From Actinomycetes bacterium (GTDB lineage: Bacteria > Actinomycetota > Thermoleophilia > RBG-16-64-13): a stretch of 47,522 bases of DNA. The notes under the pieces are model-generated. The model made no database searches and had not been told where the DNA came from. It worked only from the letters and a program-made list of their open reading frames with translations. Of the stretch, positions 8,309-17,122 are shown one piece after another; the stretch's first letter is position 1; the number at the start of each line of letters is the position of its first letter. A program made the position numbers and the translations under genes. The stretch is from assembly GCA_021802965.1 (NCBI GenBank), contig JAJZQZ010000002.1, positions 1 to 47,522 on the forward strand, read 5' to 3'.

Positions 8309-9241
8309 GTGACCAAGGTGGCGTTCATCGGAGGCGGGGGCACGGTCGGTTCCTCGGCGGCGTTCTGTCTGGCCCGAAGCGGGGCGGCGGCGGAGATCGT
8401 CCTCATCGACGCGCGGGACAACATGGCCCGCAGTCACGCCATGGACCTGGACCAGGCGGTTTCGCCTGAAAGCGCCACGACCGTCCGCGCGGGCGATTGG
8501 GCCGAGCTGTCCGGCGCCGACGCGGTGGTGCTCTCGGCGAGCCTGCCCGAACGGAACGTGGCCTCGCGAGACGAGTACCTGACGGGCAACCTGCAGATCG
8601 TGCGCGAGGCGGCGAGGCACATCGCCGCCCACAGCCCCCGAGCCGTCGTGCTGGTGGCCACCAACCCGGTGGACGTGTTCACCAGCGTGCTGCCCCTCTT
8701 CACGGGCATGGAGAAGCGGCGGTTTCTGGGTTACTCGTGGAACGACACGCTGCGCTTCCGCTGGGCCCTCGCCCGGACCCTCGGCGTGTCGGTGGGCACC
8801 GTCGACGGCATCGTGGTGGGCGAGCACGGCGAGGGCCAGATCCCTCTCTTCGATCGGGTGACCGTGGCCGGTCGGCCGGTGCGTCTGTCGCAGGACCAGC
8901 AGAGGGCCGTCGACCAGTCCATCCGCAGCTGGTTCGCGACCTACCAGGGGCTGCAGAGCGGGCGCACGAGCGGGTGGACCTCGGCGGTGGGGATCGCGAG
9001 CGTCATCGAGTCCGTCCTTGCGGGCGCCGACGCGCCCCTTCCCTGCTCCACCGGACTCGACGGGCAGTACGGGGTGTCGGGCGTGAGTCTGGGAGTCCCT
9101 GTGCGTCTGGGCCCGGCCGGTGCCGAGCAGATCGTCGAGCTCGAGCTCACCCCGTTGCAGAGCGAGCGGTTCCACGCCGTCGCCGATAAGGTGCGACGGC
9201 TGGTGGAGTCTGTTCTTGCCATCGACGAAGCGGGGGTGTGA
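8309..9241 (+). CDS. L-lactate/malate dehydrogenase-family 2-hydroxyacid dehydrogenase
   Basis: Contains the N-terminal Rossmann segment VAFIGGGGTVGSS, NDTLRFR (substrate Arg) and VGEHGEG (catalytic His). Confidence 0.85.
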   Translation: MTKVAFIGGGGTVGSSAAFCLARSGAAAEIVLIDARDNMARSHAMDLDQAVSPESATTVRAGDWAELSGADAVVLSASLPERNVASRDEYLTGNLQIVREAARHIAAHSPRAVVLVATNPVDVFTSVLPLFTGMEKRRFLGYSWNDTLRFRWALARTLGVSVGTVDGIVVGEHGEGQIPLFDRVTVAGRPVRLSQDQQRAVDQSIRSWFATYQGLQSGRTSGWTSAVGIASVIESVLAGADAPLPCSTGLDGQYGVSGVSLGVPVRLGPAGAEQIVELELTPLQSERFHAVADKVRRLVESVLAIDEAGV

Positions 9242-9246
9242 GAAAG

Positions 9247-10182
9247 ATGCGCATCGTGGTCGTCGGCGCAGGCGCTATGGGTTGTCTGTACGGGGGCCTG
9301 CTCCACCGTGCCGGCCACGACGTCACCCTGGTCGACGTGTCCGCGCGCCAGATCGAGGCGATCGACCGGGATGGCCTTGTCATCGAGATGGGCGGGGAAG
9401 AGGTGGTCGTGCCCATACGAGCGGCCTACGCCTCGGAGGTCACGCAGGCACCCGAGGCGCTCTTTGTCTTCACCAAGACCACGCACACCTCGTCCGCCCT
9501 GGAGTCGGCGCGTCCCTTCCTCGGCCCCGAAACGACCCTGGTGAGCCTGCAGAACGGCCTTGGCAACGTCGAGTTGATGGAGGCGTTCGCCCCTCGGGAG
9601 CGCATCGTCGTGGGCGTCACCACCTTCCCGGCCGACCTCGTATCGCCGGGCCGGATCCACACCCGGGGGGGTGGACAGACCAAGATCATGTCCGCCGACG
9701 GCGCCCTCACCGGGCGCCTGCACGAGCTGCGCGACGCGCTGGACGAAGCGGGATTCGACTGCCATATCGTGCCCGACGTGCAGGTGGCCATCTGGGAGAA
9801 GGCCGCTTTCAACGCCGGCCTGAACACGGTGGCCGCCGTGACTCGTTTCCCCGTCGGCCGCATGGCCGACTCGCCTCACGCCCGCCGGCTTGCCGAGCTG
9901 GTGGTGCGGGAGGTGACCGGGGTGGCCCGGGCCAAGGGGATCGCCGCCGACACCGAGGCCGTCCTCGAGACGGTGACATCGGCGCTGGCCGGCCACCGGG
10001 AGCACAAGCCCTCCATGCTGCAGGACATGCTGGCCGGACGCCGCACCGAGATCGAAGCCCTGAACGGGGCGGTCGTCCGCGAAGCGGAGGCGCTGGGGAT
10101 GACGGTGCCGGCGACGGAGGCCTTGTACCTGCTGATCAGCGCCTTGGAAGCGGCGCCCGCCGGCCCCGAGGCCGCGGCATGA
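9247..10182 (+). CDS. 2-dehydropantoate 2-reductase (PanE/ApbA) family oxidoreductase
   Basis: Begins MRIVVVGAGAMGCLYGGLL. I prefer ATG 9247 over GTG 9238 because an RBS (GGGGGTG) lies 8 nt upstream. Confidence 0.78.
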   Translation: MRIVVVGAGAMGCLYGGLLHRAGHDVTLVDVSARQIEAIDRDGLVIEMGGEEVVVPIRAAYASEVTQAPEALFVFTKTTHTSSALESARPFLGPETTLVSLQNGLGNVELMEAFAPRERIVVGVTTFPADLVSPGRIHTRGGGQTKIMSADGALTGRLHELRDALDEAGFDCHIVPDVQVAIWEKAAFNAGLNTVAAVTRFPVGRMADSPHARRLAELVVREVTGVARAKGIAADTEAVLETVTSALAGHREHKPSMLQDMLAGRRTEIEALNGAVVREAEALGMTVPATEALYLLISALEAAPAGPEAAA

Positions 10183-10213
10183 TGCGACGGGATCGACGCA
10201 AAGGGGGAGACCG

Positions 10214-11113
10214 GTGCTGACCGGCATACACCACACCAGCATAACCGTGAGTGACACGGCCCGCTCCCACGCCTTCTACCGGGAGGTCCTGGGGTTCGAC
10301 CTCGTGTGGGACTCGGAGGCTCTCGGGTTGAAGTTCGAAGGCCCCCTGGCCGACACCGTCACGCAATGCCCCGGCACGTCTCAGCGCCTCACGTTCATGA
10401 GGCTGGGGAGTCGACTGCTGGAGTTCGTCCAGTACACCCCGGCGGGCAAGGCTCAGCACGACAACCAGATGAGCGACACGGGGGCGGCGCACGTGGGCCT
10501 GCGCGCGAGCGATATCGACTCACTCTATCGCAGGCTGATCGAGCACGGGGCTCGGGTGCACTGCTCTCCCCAGGACGTCCTCGACATGCGCTTGTTCTAT
10601 TTCCGCGACCCCGACGGCGTCGGCCTGGAAGCGATGCAAGGGCGGTTGATCGGCGCGAGTCCGTCCGACCGGGACGATGCCATCCACCACACGAGCTTCA
10701 CCGTGAGCGACATGGACCGATCCCTCGGCTTCTATCGCGACCTGTTGGGCCTGCGGACCATCTTCGACACCGACGACGAGGGGATGCGCATGGAGGGGCC
10801 GGTGGCCGATGCCGTCACCGGTTGTCCCGATACGAGTCAGCGCCTGGTCTACCTGGCCGCCGGGACCGATCTCCTCGAGCTGGTCGAATACCGACCGACC
10901 GGCCGGACGTTGCTCGATCGCAAGGCGAGCGACACGGGTACCTGCCACGTCTGCTTCCTCACCGACGACATCGAGGGCCTCCACGCGAGGCTCCGCGAGA
11001 GCGAGGTCGTGCTGCACTGCGTCCCCCAGGAGATCGGGGAGACCACGGTCTTCTACTACCGCGACCCGGACGGCATCGTCCTCGAGGCGATGGGAGGCAC
11101 ACCTGTCGTGTAG
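10214..11113 (+). CDS. Tandem two-module VOC (glyoxalase/bleomycin-resistance/dioxygenase) family protein
   Basis: Two internal repeats are visible (IHHTSITVSDTARSHAFYREVLGF and IHHTSFTVSDMDRSLGFYRDLLGL). RBS AAGGGGGAG. Confidence 0.8.
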   Translation: MLTGIHHTSITVSDTARSHAFYREVLGFDLVWDSEALGLKFEGPLADTVTQCPGTSQRLTFMRLGSRLLEFVQYTPAGKAQHDNQMSDTGAAHVGLRASDIDSLYRRLIEHGARVHCSPQDVLDMRLFYFRDPDGVGLEAMQGRLIGASPSDRDDAIHHTSFTVSDMDRSLGFYRDLLGLRTIFDTDDEGMRMEGPVADAVTGCPDTSQRLVYLAAGTDLLELVEYRPTGRTLLDRKASDTGTCHVCFLTDDIEGLHARLRESEVVLHCVPQEIGETTVFYYRDPDGIVLEAMGGTPVV

Positions 11114-11178
11114 CCCGGCCCGCCGGCGGCACCCGATCGGCAGAAACTGAGCAGGCGAGAACGCGAAGGGGGCGACGA

Positions 11179-12141
11179 ATGGCAGTGGAGCGAGACCAGC
11201 TGCTCGACATGTATCGCTGTATGGTGAAGATCCGGGAGTTCGAGAACAGGGCCCACGACCTCTTCCTCGCGGGGGGCCTCCCCGGCTTCCTGCACCTCTA
11301 CTCAGGACAAGAGGCGGTGGCCGCCGGGGTCATGGCGACCTTGCGGCCGGACGACCTGATCGCCAGCACGCACAGGGGACACGGCCATGTGATCGCCAAG
11401 GGCGGCGACGTCCGCCTCATGCTGGCCGAGATCCTGGGGCGGGCCACGGGCTACTGCAAGGGCAAGGGCGGGTCGATGCACATCGCCGCCATCGAGCTTG
11501 GGATCCTGGGGGCGAACGGGGTCGTGGGGGCCAGCATCCCCATCGGGGTCGGAGCGGCGCTCGCCTGCCAATACAAGGACGGCGATCGCGTGTCGGTCAC
11601 CTTCTTCGGCGACGGGGCCTCCAACCGCGGGACTTTCCACGAGGCTCTCAACCTCGCCTCCATCTGGGACCTCCCCGCGGTCTTCATCTGCGAGAACAAC
11701 CTGTACGGCGTCGGCTTCTGCCAACGCGACCACATGCGCCCCTGCGACGTGGCCGAACGCGCGGCCGGCTACGGCTTTCCGGGGATCGTCGTCGACGGCA
11801 ACGACGCCGAGGCGGTCTACGAGGCGACGGCGACGGCGGTGGCGCGCGCCCGAGCGGGCGGAGGGCCCACCATGGTGGAGTGCAAGACCTGGCGCCATCA
11901 CGGGCACTTCGTCGGCGACCAGGCCCTCTACCGCGACCCCGCGGAGCACGCGGAATGGCTGGCTCGCGATCCTCTTCTCCTGTGTGCGAAGGTGCTCGCT
12001 TCCCGGGGCTGGGCCGACGAAGGCGCTCTCCTCGCCATCCAGGACGAGATCCGCGCCGAGATCGAGGAGGCGGTGGCCTTCGCGTTGGCGAGCCCCCAGC
12101 CCGCCCTATCCGACCTGCTCACCGACGTCTACAGCGACTAA
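11179..12141 (+). CDS. TPP-dependent 2-oxoacid/acetoin dehydrogenase E1 alpha subunit
   Basis: Contains the TPP motif GDGASNRGTFHEALNLASIWDLPAVFICENN and YRxxGH-like RHHGH. ATG start after GAAGGGGG. Confidence 0.9.
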   Translation: MAVERDQLLDMYRCMVKIREFENRAHDLFLAGGLPGFLHLYSGQEAVAAGVMATLRPDDLIASTHRGHGHVIAKGGDVRLMLAEILGRATGYCKGKGGSMHIAAIELGILGANGVVGASIPIGVGAALACQYKDGDRVSVTFFGDGASNRGTFHEALNLASIWDLPAVFICENNLYGVGFCQRDHMRPCDVAERAAGYGFPGIVVDGNDAEAVYEATATAVARARAGGGPTMVECKTWRHHGHFVGDQALYRDPAEHAEWLARDPLLLCAKVLASRGWADEGALLAIQDEIRAEIEEAVAFALASPQPALSDLLTDVYSD

Positions 12142-12153
12142 GGGGCGACCACT

Positions 12154-13122
12154 ATGGCAGTGCGCAACTTCGGCCAGGCGATCGCCGACGGCCTCATCTT
12201 GGAGATGGAGCGAGACCCCGACGTGTACATCGTAGGGGAGGATGTGGCCACCTTTCCCGCCTTCGGCGTGACCCGGGCGTGCTACGAGCGTTTCGGCGCG
12301 ACCCGGGTGCGTGACACACCCGTATCCGAGACGGCCATCATGGGGCACGCGGTCGGGGCGGCCGCGGCCGGCCTTCGGCCCGTCGCGGAGATCATGTTCA
12401 TGGACTTCCTCGGCATCATCCTCGACGAGCTGGCCAACCAGGCGGCCAAGATGCACTACATGTTCGGGGGCACGATGAAGGTGCCCTTGGTGGTGCGTAC
12501 CGTATCCGGAGCGGGGATCGGGGCGGCGGCGCAGCACTCGCAGTCCCTCGAGGCCTGGGTCACCCACACGCCCGGACTCAAGATGATCGCCCCCTCGACC
12601 CCGGCCGACGCCAAGGGCCTGATCGCGGCCGCGGTGCGGGACGATAACCCCGTGGTGTTCATGGAGCACAAGCTCCTCTACGCCACCGAGGGCGAGGTGC
12701 CCGACGGCGAGTACGTGCTGCCGATCGGCAAGGCCGACATCAAGCGGGCGGGCAGCGACGTCACCATCGTGTCCTGGTCGTCGATGGTGCAGAAATCGCT
12801 CGCCGCCGCCGACCTTCTGGCGGCCGACGGCGTGGCCGCCGAAGTGCTGGACCTCCGCACCCTCGTGCCTCTGGACAAGGACGCCATCCTCGAGTCCCTG
12901 GGCCGCACCCATCGACTGGTGATCGTGCACGAGGCGGTCAAGACCTCCGGGTTCGGCGCCGAAGTGGCGGCGATCGTGGCCGACGAGGGCTTCGACCTGC
13001 TCGACGCGCCGATCAAGCGGGTCACGGCTCCCGACACCCCGGTACCCTTCAGTCCGGTGCTGGAGGCGGCCTTCGTGCCCGACGCGGCCAAGATCCGCGC
13101 TGCCGTCCTGAGCCTGGGCTAG
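12154..13122 (+). CDS. 2-oxoacid/acetoin dehydrogenase E1 beta subunit
   Basis: Typical transketolase-like pyrimidine-binding and C-terminal domains (VYIVGEDV, RVRDTPVSE). It lies 12 nt after the E1alpha gene. Confidence 0.9.
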   Translation: MAVRNFGQAIADGLILEMERDPDVYIVGEDVATFPAFGVTRACYERFGATRVRDTPVSETAIMGHAVGAAAAGLRPVAEIMFMDFLGIILDELANQAAKMHYMFGGTMKVPLVVRTVSGAGIGAAAQHSQSLEAWVTHTPGLKMIAPSTPADAKGLIAAAVRDDNPVVFMEHKLLYATEGEVPDGEYVLPIGKADIKRAGSDVTIVSWSSMVQKSLAAADLLAADGVAAEVLDLRTLVPLDKDAILESLGRTHRLVIVHEAVKTSGFGAEVAAIVADEGFDLLDAPIKRVTAPDTPVPFSPVLEAAFVPDAAKIRAAVLSLG

Positions 13123-13130
13123 GCGGGGAC

Positions 13131-14399
13131 ATGGCTTCGATCATCACGATGCCCAAGCTCGGCCTCACCATGAAGACAGGGACGGTCACCCACTGGAACG
13201 CAGCTGTAGGTGACCCTGTGGTCGAGGGTGAGGTCGTCGTCGAGGTGATGACCGAGAAGATCACCTATCAGCTGGAATCGCCTGCGACGGGCGTCCTGCT
13301 GAAGGTGCTGGTCTATGAGGACGAGGAGGTGCCGGTCGGCACGCTGATCGGCGTGGTCGGTCAGTCAGGCGAGGACGTCTCGACCTTGCTCACGCGGGAC
13401 TTTGCGGCCGAGGCCGCCGCTTCGATCAGCGGTGTCGCCCCTGCGCCGGCCGACGCCGCCGCCGGCGCAGGGGCGCCTGCAGCGGCGTCGCCCGCCGGCC
13501 AGCCGTCTCCGGCTTCCCGGGTGGCCGCCACTCCGGCCGCCCGCAAGCTGGCGGCCGAGGTCGGCGTCGACATCACCCACCTCAGCGGCACGGGCCCAGG
13601 GGGACGGGTCACCATCGAGGACGTCACGCGGGCGGCTGAGGACGTCTACGCCGCCCCCGCCCGGGCTGCCGCCCCCGGCCCGTCGGCGGCGCCGGCCGAG
13701 CCGGAGCGGCCGGTCAGAGAGGTGGTGCCCTACCACGGAGTGCGCCGCGCGATCGGCGAGCGCATGGTCGCGAGCCACGGCACGTCGCCCACCGTCACCC
13801 ATCACGTGAAGGCCGATGTGCACCCTCTCTTGGAGCTCGTGGCCTCCATGAACGCCACCAGGCCCGAGGGGGAGCGGGTGTCGGTCACCGCCGCCGTGGT
13901 CAAGGCGGTCGCACTGGGGATCGAGAAGACGCCTCGCATCAACTCCAGCCTTCACGACGACCGGATCATGGTCTGGAGCGAGGTGAACGTGGGGGTGGCT
14001 GTGGCCGTCCCCGATGGTCTGATCGTGCCCGTGGTGCGCGACGTGGACCGTCTGGGGGTGGTGGAGATCTCGCGCCGCATCAAAGACCTCGCCGGCCGAG
14101 CCCGAGAAGACACGCTCCAGCCCGAGGAGGTGTCCGGCGGCACCTTCACGGTGACCAGCCTCAGCGGCTTCGGCTCGGTCGACTGGTTCAGCCCCATCAT
14201 CAATCCGCCGGAAGCGGCCATCCTGGGAGTGGGCCGGGTAGTGGACGACGTCGTCGTGGTCGACGGACGCGTCGAGGTCAGGCCGACGATGGGCCTCTCG
14301 CTCACCTTCGACCATCGGATCATCGACGGCGCGCCGGCGGCCGAGTTCCTGGCCGCCTTGCTCGACTGCCTGGCTCATCCGGAGAGGCTGGCGGAGTGA
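13131..14399 (+). CDS. Dihydrolipoamide acyltransferase (E2) with lipoyl, subunit-binding and catalytic domains
   Basis: Shows a lipoyl domain (VEVMTEKITYQLESP), an Ala/Pro linker, a subunit-binding segment (ATPAARKLAAEVGVDITHLSGTGPGGRVT) and the catalytic DHRIIDG motif. Confidence 0.9.
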   Translation: MASIITMPKLGLTMKTGTVTHWNAAVGDPVVEGEVVVEVMTEKITYQLESPATGVLLKVLVYEDEEVPVGTLIGVVGQSGEDVSTLLTRDFAAEAAASISGVAPAPADAAAGAGAPAAASPAGQPSPASRVAATPAARKLAAEVGVDITHLSGTGPGGRVTIEDVTRAAEDVYAAPARAAAPGPSAAPAEPERPVREVVPYHGVRRAIGERMVASHGTSPTVTHHVKADVHPLLELVASMNATRPEGERVSVTAAVVKAVALGIEKTPRINSSLHDDRIMVWSEVNVGVAVAVPDGLIVPVVRDVDRLGVVEISRRIKDLAGRAREDTLQPEEVSGGTFTVTSLSGFGSVDWFSPIINPPEAAILGVGRVVDDVVVVDGRVEVRPTMGLSLTFDHRIIDGAPAAEFLAALLDCLAHPERLAE

Positions 14400-14454
14400 T
14401 GCAGCCCGTTGTCGAGCGCTCGGCTCCACAGAGGCGGGCGCAACGGGGCGTGTC

Positions 14455-14483
14455 CTTGACAACCCATGCCCCGTCGGATACAA
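14455..14483 (+). promoter_or_regulatory. Candidate sigma-70/sigA promoter upstream of the IclR gene
   Basis: TTGACA (14455-14460), a 17-nt spacer, then TACAAA (14478-14483), in a non-coding stretch (third-position A/T 42 %). Confidence 0.35.
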
Positions 14484-14576
14484 ATGGCCGAGAGACGTAT
14501 ATGCCGAACCAGGTTTTCTCTGCAAAACCATGTCGGCCTCGTCCGCAACGGGGGACACTCGGTGGAGGGGGATCCA

Positions 14577-14592
14577 CTCTGAGTTCTCAGAG
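14577..14592. promoter_or_regulatory. Perfect 16-bp palindrome; candidate IclR-type operator
   Basis: CTCTGAG-TT-CTCAGAG ends 4 nt before the IclR ATG. Confidence 0.35.
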
Positions 14593-14596
14593 CACT

Positions 14597-15385
14597 ATGG
14601 GGGGCTATGTTCAGTGCGTGCCTGCAGTCGATCAGGCCACGCGTGTCATGTTCGCCCTCGCCCATACCGCGGGTGGCGCAGCCACGCTCACCGAGGTCTG
14701 CCGGGAAGTCGGCATCAACAAGAGCAAGGGGCTGGCCATTCTCAACACTTTGCGCTCGGCGGGATTGGTCACCAGGAACGACCGCTCGAAGAACTATCGG
14801 CTCGGGCCCGGTCTGCTCACCCTCTCCCGGGCGCTGCTCGACCAGAACGATCTGTCGCATGTATCGGCGCCATACCTGGCCGAGTTGGTGCGGGCCACCG
14901 GAGGGGTGGCGTTGCTGGGACTCATATCCGACGATCGTTTCTTCGTCGTGGCCCGCTCCGAGCCTCCCACGGGCAGCGGCATCAACATCCACGTCGGGCA
15001 CCGCTTCCCGCTGACGTGGGGTGCGCACGGCAAGGCTGTTCTGGCCGCGCTGGCGGAGGACGAACGTGAGCGGATCCTCTTTGAAGGTCCGCTCTACGTG
15101 GCGGGCGACCCCGGTCGGCACCCGGTGGATCTCGTGGCCCTTCGCACCGAGTTGGAGGAGTGCCGGCGTGTGGGCTATGCCCAAGACCTTCGGGTCACGC
15201 GCCCTGACGTCGCCGCCGTCGCGGCGGTGGTCATGGACCGATCCGCCGGAGCATCCGAGGACGCGCGCTTGGTCGGGTGTGTCGTCGCGGTCGGTGTGTT
15301 CGCGCCCGACGAGGTGTCGGGTTTCGGAAAGCTGGTCAGTTCCACCGCCTGCGAGATGAGCATGCATCTCGCATCATTCTGGTAG
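14597..15385 (+). CDS. IclR-family transcriptional regulator
   Basis: N-terminal wHTH (VPAVDQATRVMFALA...ATLTEVCREVGINKSKGLAILNTLRSAGLV) and an IclR effector domain. The 67-codon upstream extension in the track has non-coding codon statistics. Confidence 0.85.
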   Translation: MGGYVQCVPAVDQATRVMFALAHTAGGAATLTEVCREVGINKSKGLAILNTLRSAGLVTRNDRSKNYRLGPGLLTLSRALLDQNDLSHVSAPYLAELVRATGGVALLGLISDDRFFVVARSEPPTGSGINIHVGHRFPLTWGAHGKAVLAALAEDERERILFEGPLYVAGDPGRHPVDLVALRTELEECRRVGYAQDLRVTRPDVAAVAAVVMDRSAGASEDARLVGCVVAVGVFAPDEVSGFGKLVSSTACEMSMHLASFW

Positions 15386-15497
15386 GAAGACGGAAGACTA
15401 CGGACCGGGACGTTCAGGAGGCAGGGGGCGCATATGACATGACCGAGATCGAGGCACCAGTTTGCTGATTGGAACGTACGCGAGGGGGACACATACT

Positions 15498-16838
15498 GTG
15501 AAGCACAAGAGGATCGTAGCATTGGGCGCCGTTTGCGCGGTGCTGCTGCTCGCCGCGATCGTGGTCCTGAGCTCCTGCGGGGGCGGCACGACCACGACCA
15601 CAGCGGCCTCGACTCCGGCGACCACGGCGGCGCCGGCTGCTGGCGGCTCGACCGACACGACGGCGGCCGTCGCGGCGGCCGGCGACGACATCGTGGTCGG
15701 CGCGATCAACTCCCTGACCGGCGGTAACGTGCTGACCGGCGCAGAGGAAAAGTGGGCCCAGGAGAAAGCCGTCGCCGACATAAACGCCAAGGGTGGGGTC
15801 AAGCTCAACGACGGCAAGATGCACAAACTCGTGCTGAAGTTCGCCGACGACAAGAGCCAGCCCACCGAGGGTGCGGCGGCGATGGAGAAGCTGATCAAGA
15901 CCGACGGTATCAAGCTGGTCTTGAGCTCGAACATCACCCCGATCAACCAGGCCGCCGCTCAGGTGGCCGAGAAGTACGGGGTCTACTTCGACATCTGCTC
16001 GAGCTGGATCGACGACGCCTCGCCCGACGGGAAGTTCCCGGGCTTCATCGGCGGCATGAACCTGAAGTGGTCGACCGACATGTTCGAGTCGGCCGGCGAA
16101 TCCGGTAAGGTCGCCGTGGGAGCGGTCAAGGCGATGGATCCGGCTGATCAGCCCAAGAACTTCGCCGTGATGACAGAGAACACGCCGGACGGTGTGGGCT
16201 TTGGCGACGCGACCAAGGCGGGTCTCGAGGCCCAGGGCTGGAAGGTGGTGTCCTACGAGAAGTTCGTCGAGGGCAACAAGGACTTCTCGTCGATCATCCT
16301 GAAGTTCAAGCAGGCGAACGTCGACGGGGTGGTCACTCTGATCTCTCCCGCCGACGGCATCACCTTCGTCAAGCAGATGAAGGAGCAGGGCTGGTCACCC
16401 AAGTACCTCTTCGGGTACAAGGGCTTCTGGCCGGTCGACTTCTACAAAGCCCTCGGGACCAACGCAGAGTACATCGGTCACGACGGCTTCTGGTCGGAGA
16501 CATTGCCGTACCCGTACGCCAAGGAGCTCGGGGCGGCGTTCTCGGCCGAGCACGGCGGCGCCACTTCCAACAGCATCGGCCTCTACTACGCCGCGGTGCA
16601 GATCCTCGCTCAGGCCCTGGAAAAGGCCGGGACGGCCGAACCGGGTGCGGTGAGGGACCAGGTCTTCGGCGGTACGTTCCCGGGAACCACCATGGGTGAT
16701 ATCACGTATACCCCGAAAGGCATCGCGCACATCCCGTTCCTCGCCTTCCAGTGGCAGCAAGGCAAGCGCGTGGTCGTATACCCGACCGAGTTCGCAACCG
16801 GGAAGATGCTGACGTTCGCCCCGTGGGATAAAAGGTAG
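15498..16838 (+). CDS. ABC transporter substrate-binding lipoprotein, LivK/Peripla_BP_6-like (HAAT family)
   Basis: Signal peptide with lipobox (LAAIVVLSSC), a Thr/Ala-rich linker, then a type-I periplasmic binding fold. GTG 15498 follows GAGGGGGA; start 15462 is also possible. Confidence 0.85.
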   Translation: MKHKRIVALGAVCAVLLLAAIVVLSSCGGGTTTTTAASTPATTAAPAAGGSTDTTAAVAAAGDDIVVGAINSLTGGNVLTGAEEKWAQEKAVADINAKGGVKLNDGKMHKLVLKFADDKSQPTEGAAAMEKLIKTDGIKLVLSSNITPINQAAAQVAEKYGVYFDICSSWIDDASPDGKFPGFIGGMNLKWSTDMFESAGESGKVAVGAVKAMDPADQPKNFAVMTENTPDGVGFGDATKAGLEAQGWKVVSYEKFVEGNKDFSSIILKFKQANVDGVVTLISPADGITFVKQMKEQGWSPKYLFGYKGFWPVDFYKALGTNAEYIGHDGFWSETLPYPYAKELGAAFSAEHGGATSNSIGLYYAAVQILAQALEKAGTAEPGAVRDQVFGGTFPGTTMGDITYTPKGIAHIPFLAFQWQQGKRVVVYPTEFATGKMLTFAPWDKR

Positions 16839-16918
16839 ATAGCCGCCGGGCTCCGGGCGACCCCCCCATGCCGACGAATCGGCTGACAGGGGCGCCGGAG
16901 CGGCAGCCTGACGATGGA

Positions 16919-16951
16919 CCCCGCCCTCCTCGATCGTCGAGGAGGGCGGGG
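16919..16951 (+). terminator. Strong GC hairpin (15-bp perfect stem, 3-nt loop) after the binding-protein gene; intra-operon attenuator or terminator
   Basis: CCCCGCCCTCCTCGA-TCG-TCGAGGAGGGCGGGG. There is no clear U-tract. It lies in a 284-nt gap before the ATPase gene. Confidence 0.5.
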
Positions 16952-17122
16952 GGTCTGCTAATGCTTCAGACTGGAAGATGAGGGTCGGTTTCATGCATCA
17001 GAGGGCCATATTCCCAAAGCTGCCGCCATCTGCTACCGTGTCGTCCGGCCTGCCCCGGGGCGGCTCCGCTACGGGATGATGATTCTTTGGGGGGATCCTA
17101 GATTGTTGAAGAGCGGTGCACG

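Noticed and set aside
14396-14596. 67-codon N-terminal extension of the IclR regulator starting at a GTG that overlaps the E2 stop.
   Set aside because: Third-position A/T is about 42 % versus under 20 % in real genes here. The stretch contains a promoter-like element and palindromes, and the IclR wHTH begins right after ATG 14597.
15540-15680. Repetitive ACC/ACG/GCC-rich DNA in both binding-protein genes (also 39330-39425) that looks like tandem repeats.
   Set aside because: This is in-frame low-complexity coding sequence for Thr/Ala/Gly-rich lipoprotein linkers, not a DNA-level repeat array or CRISPR.
16890-17003. 37-codon ATG ORF (MPTNRLTGAPERQPDDGPRPPRSSRRAGGLLMLQTGR) in the long gap of ABC operon 1; also the - strand ORF 16395-16994.
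   Set aside because: It spans the 15-bp terminator-like hairpin, has no RBS and has poor codon statistics. The - strand ORF overlaps the 3' end of the binding-protein gene.
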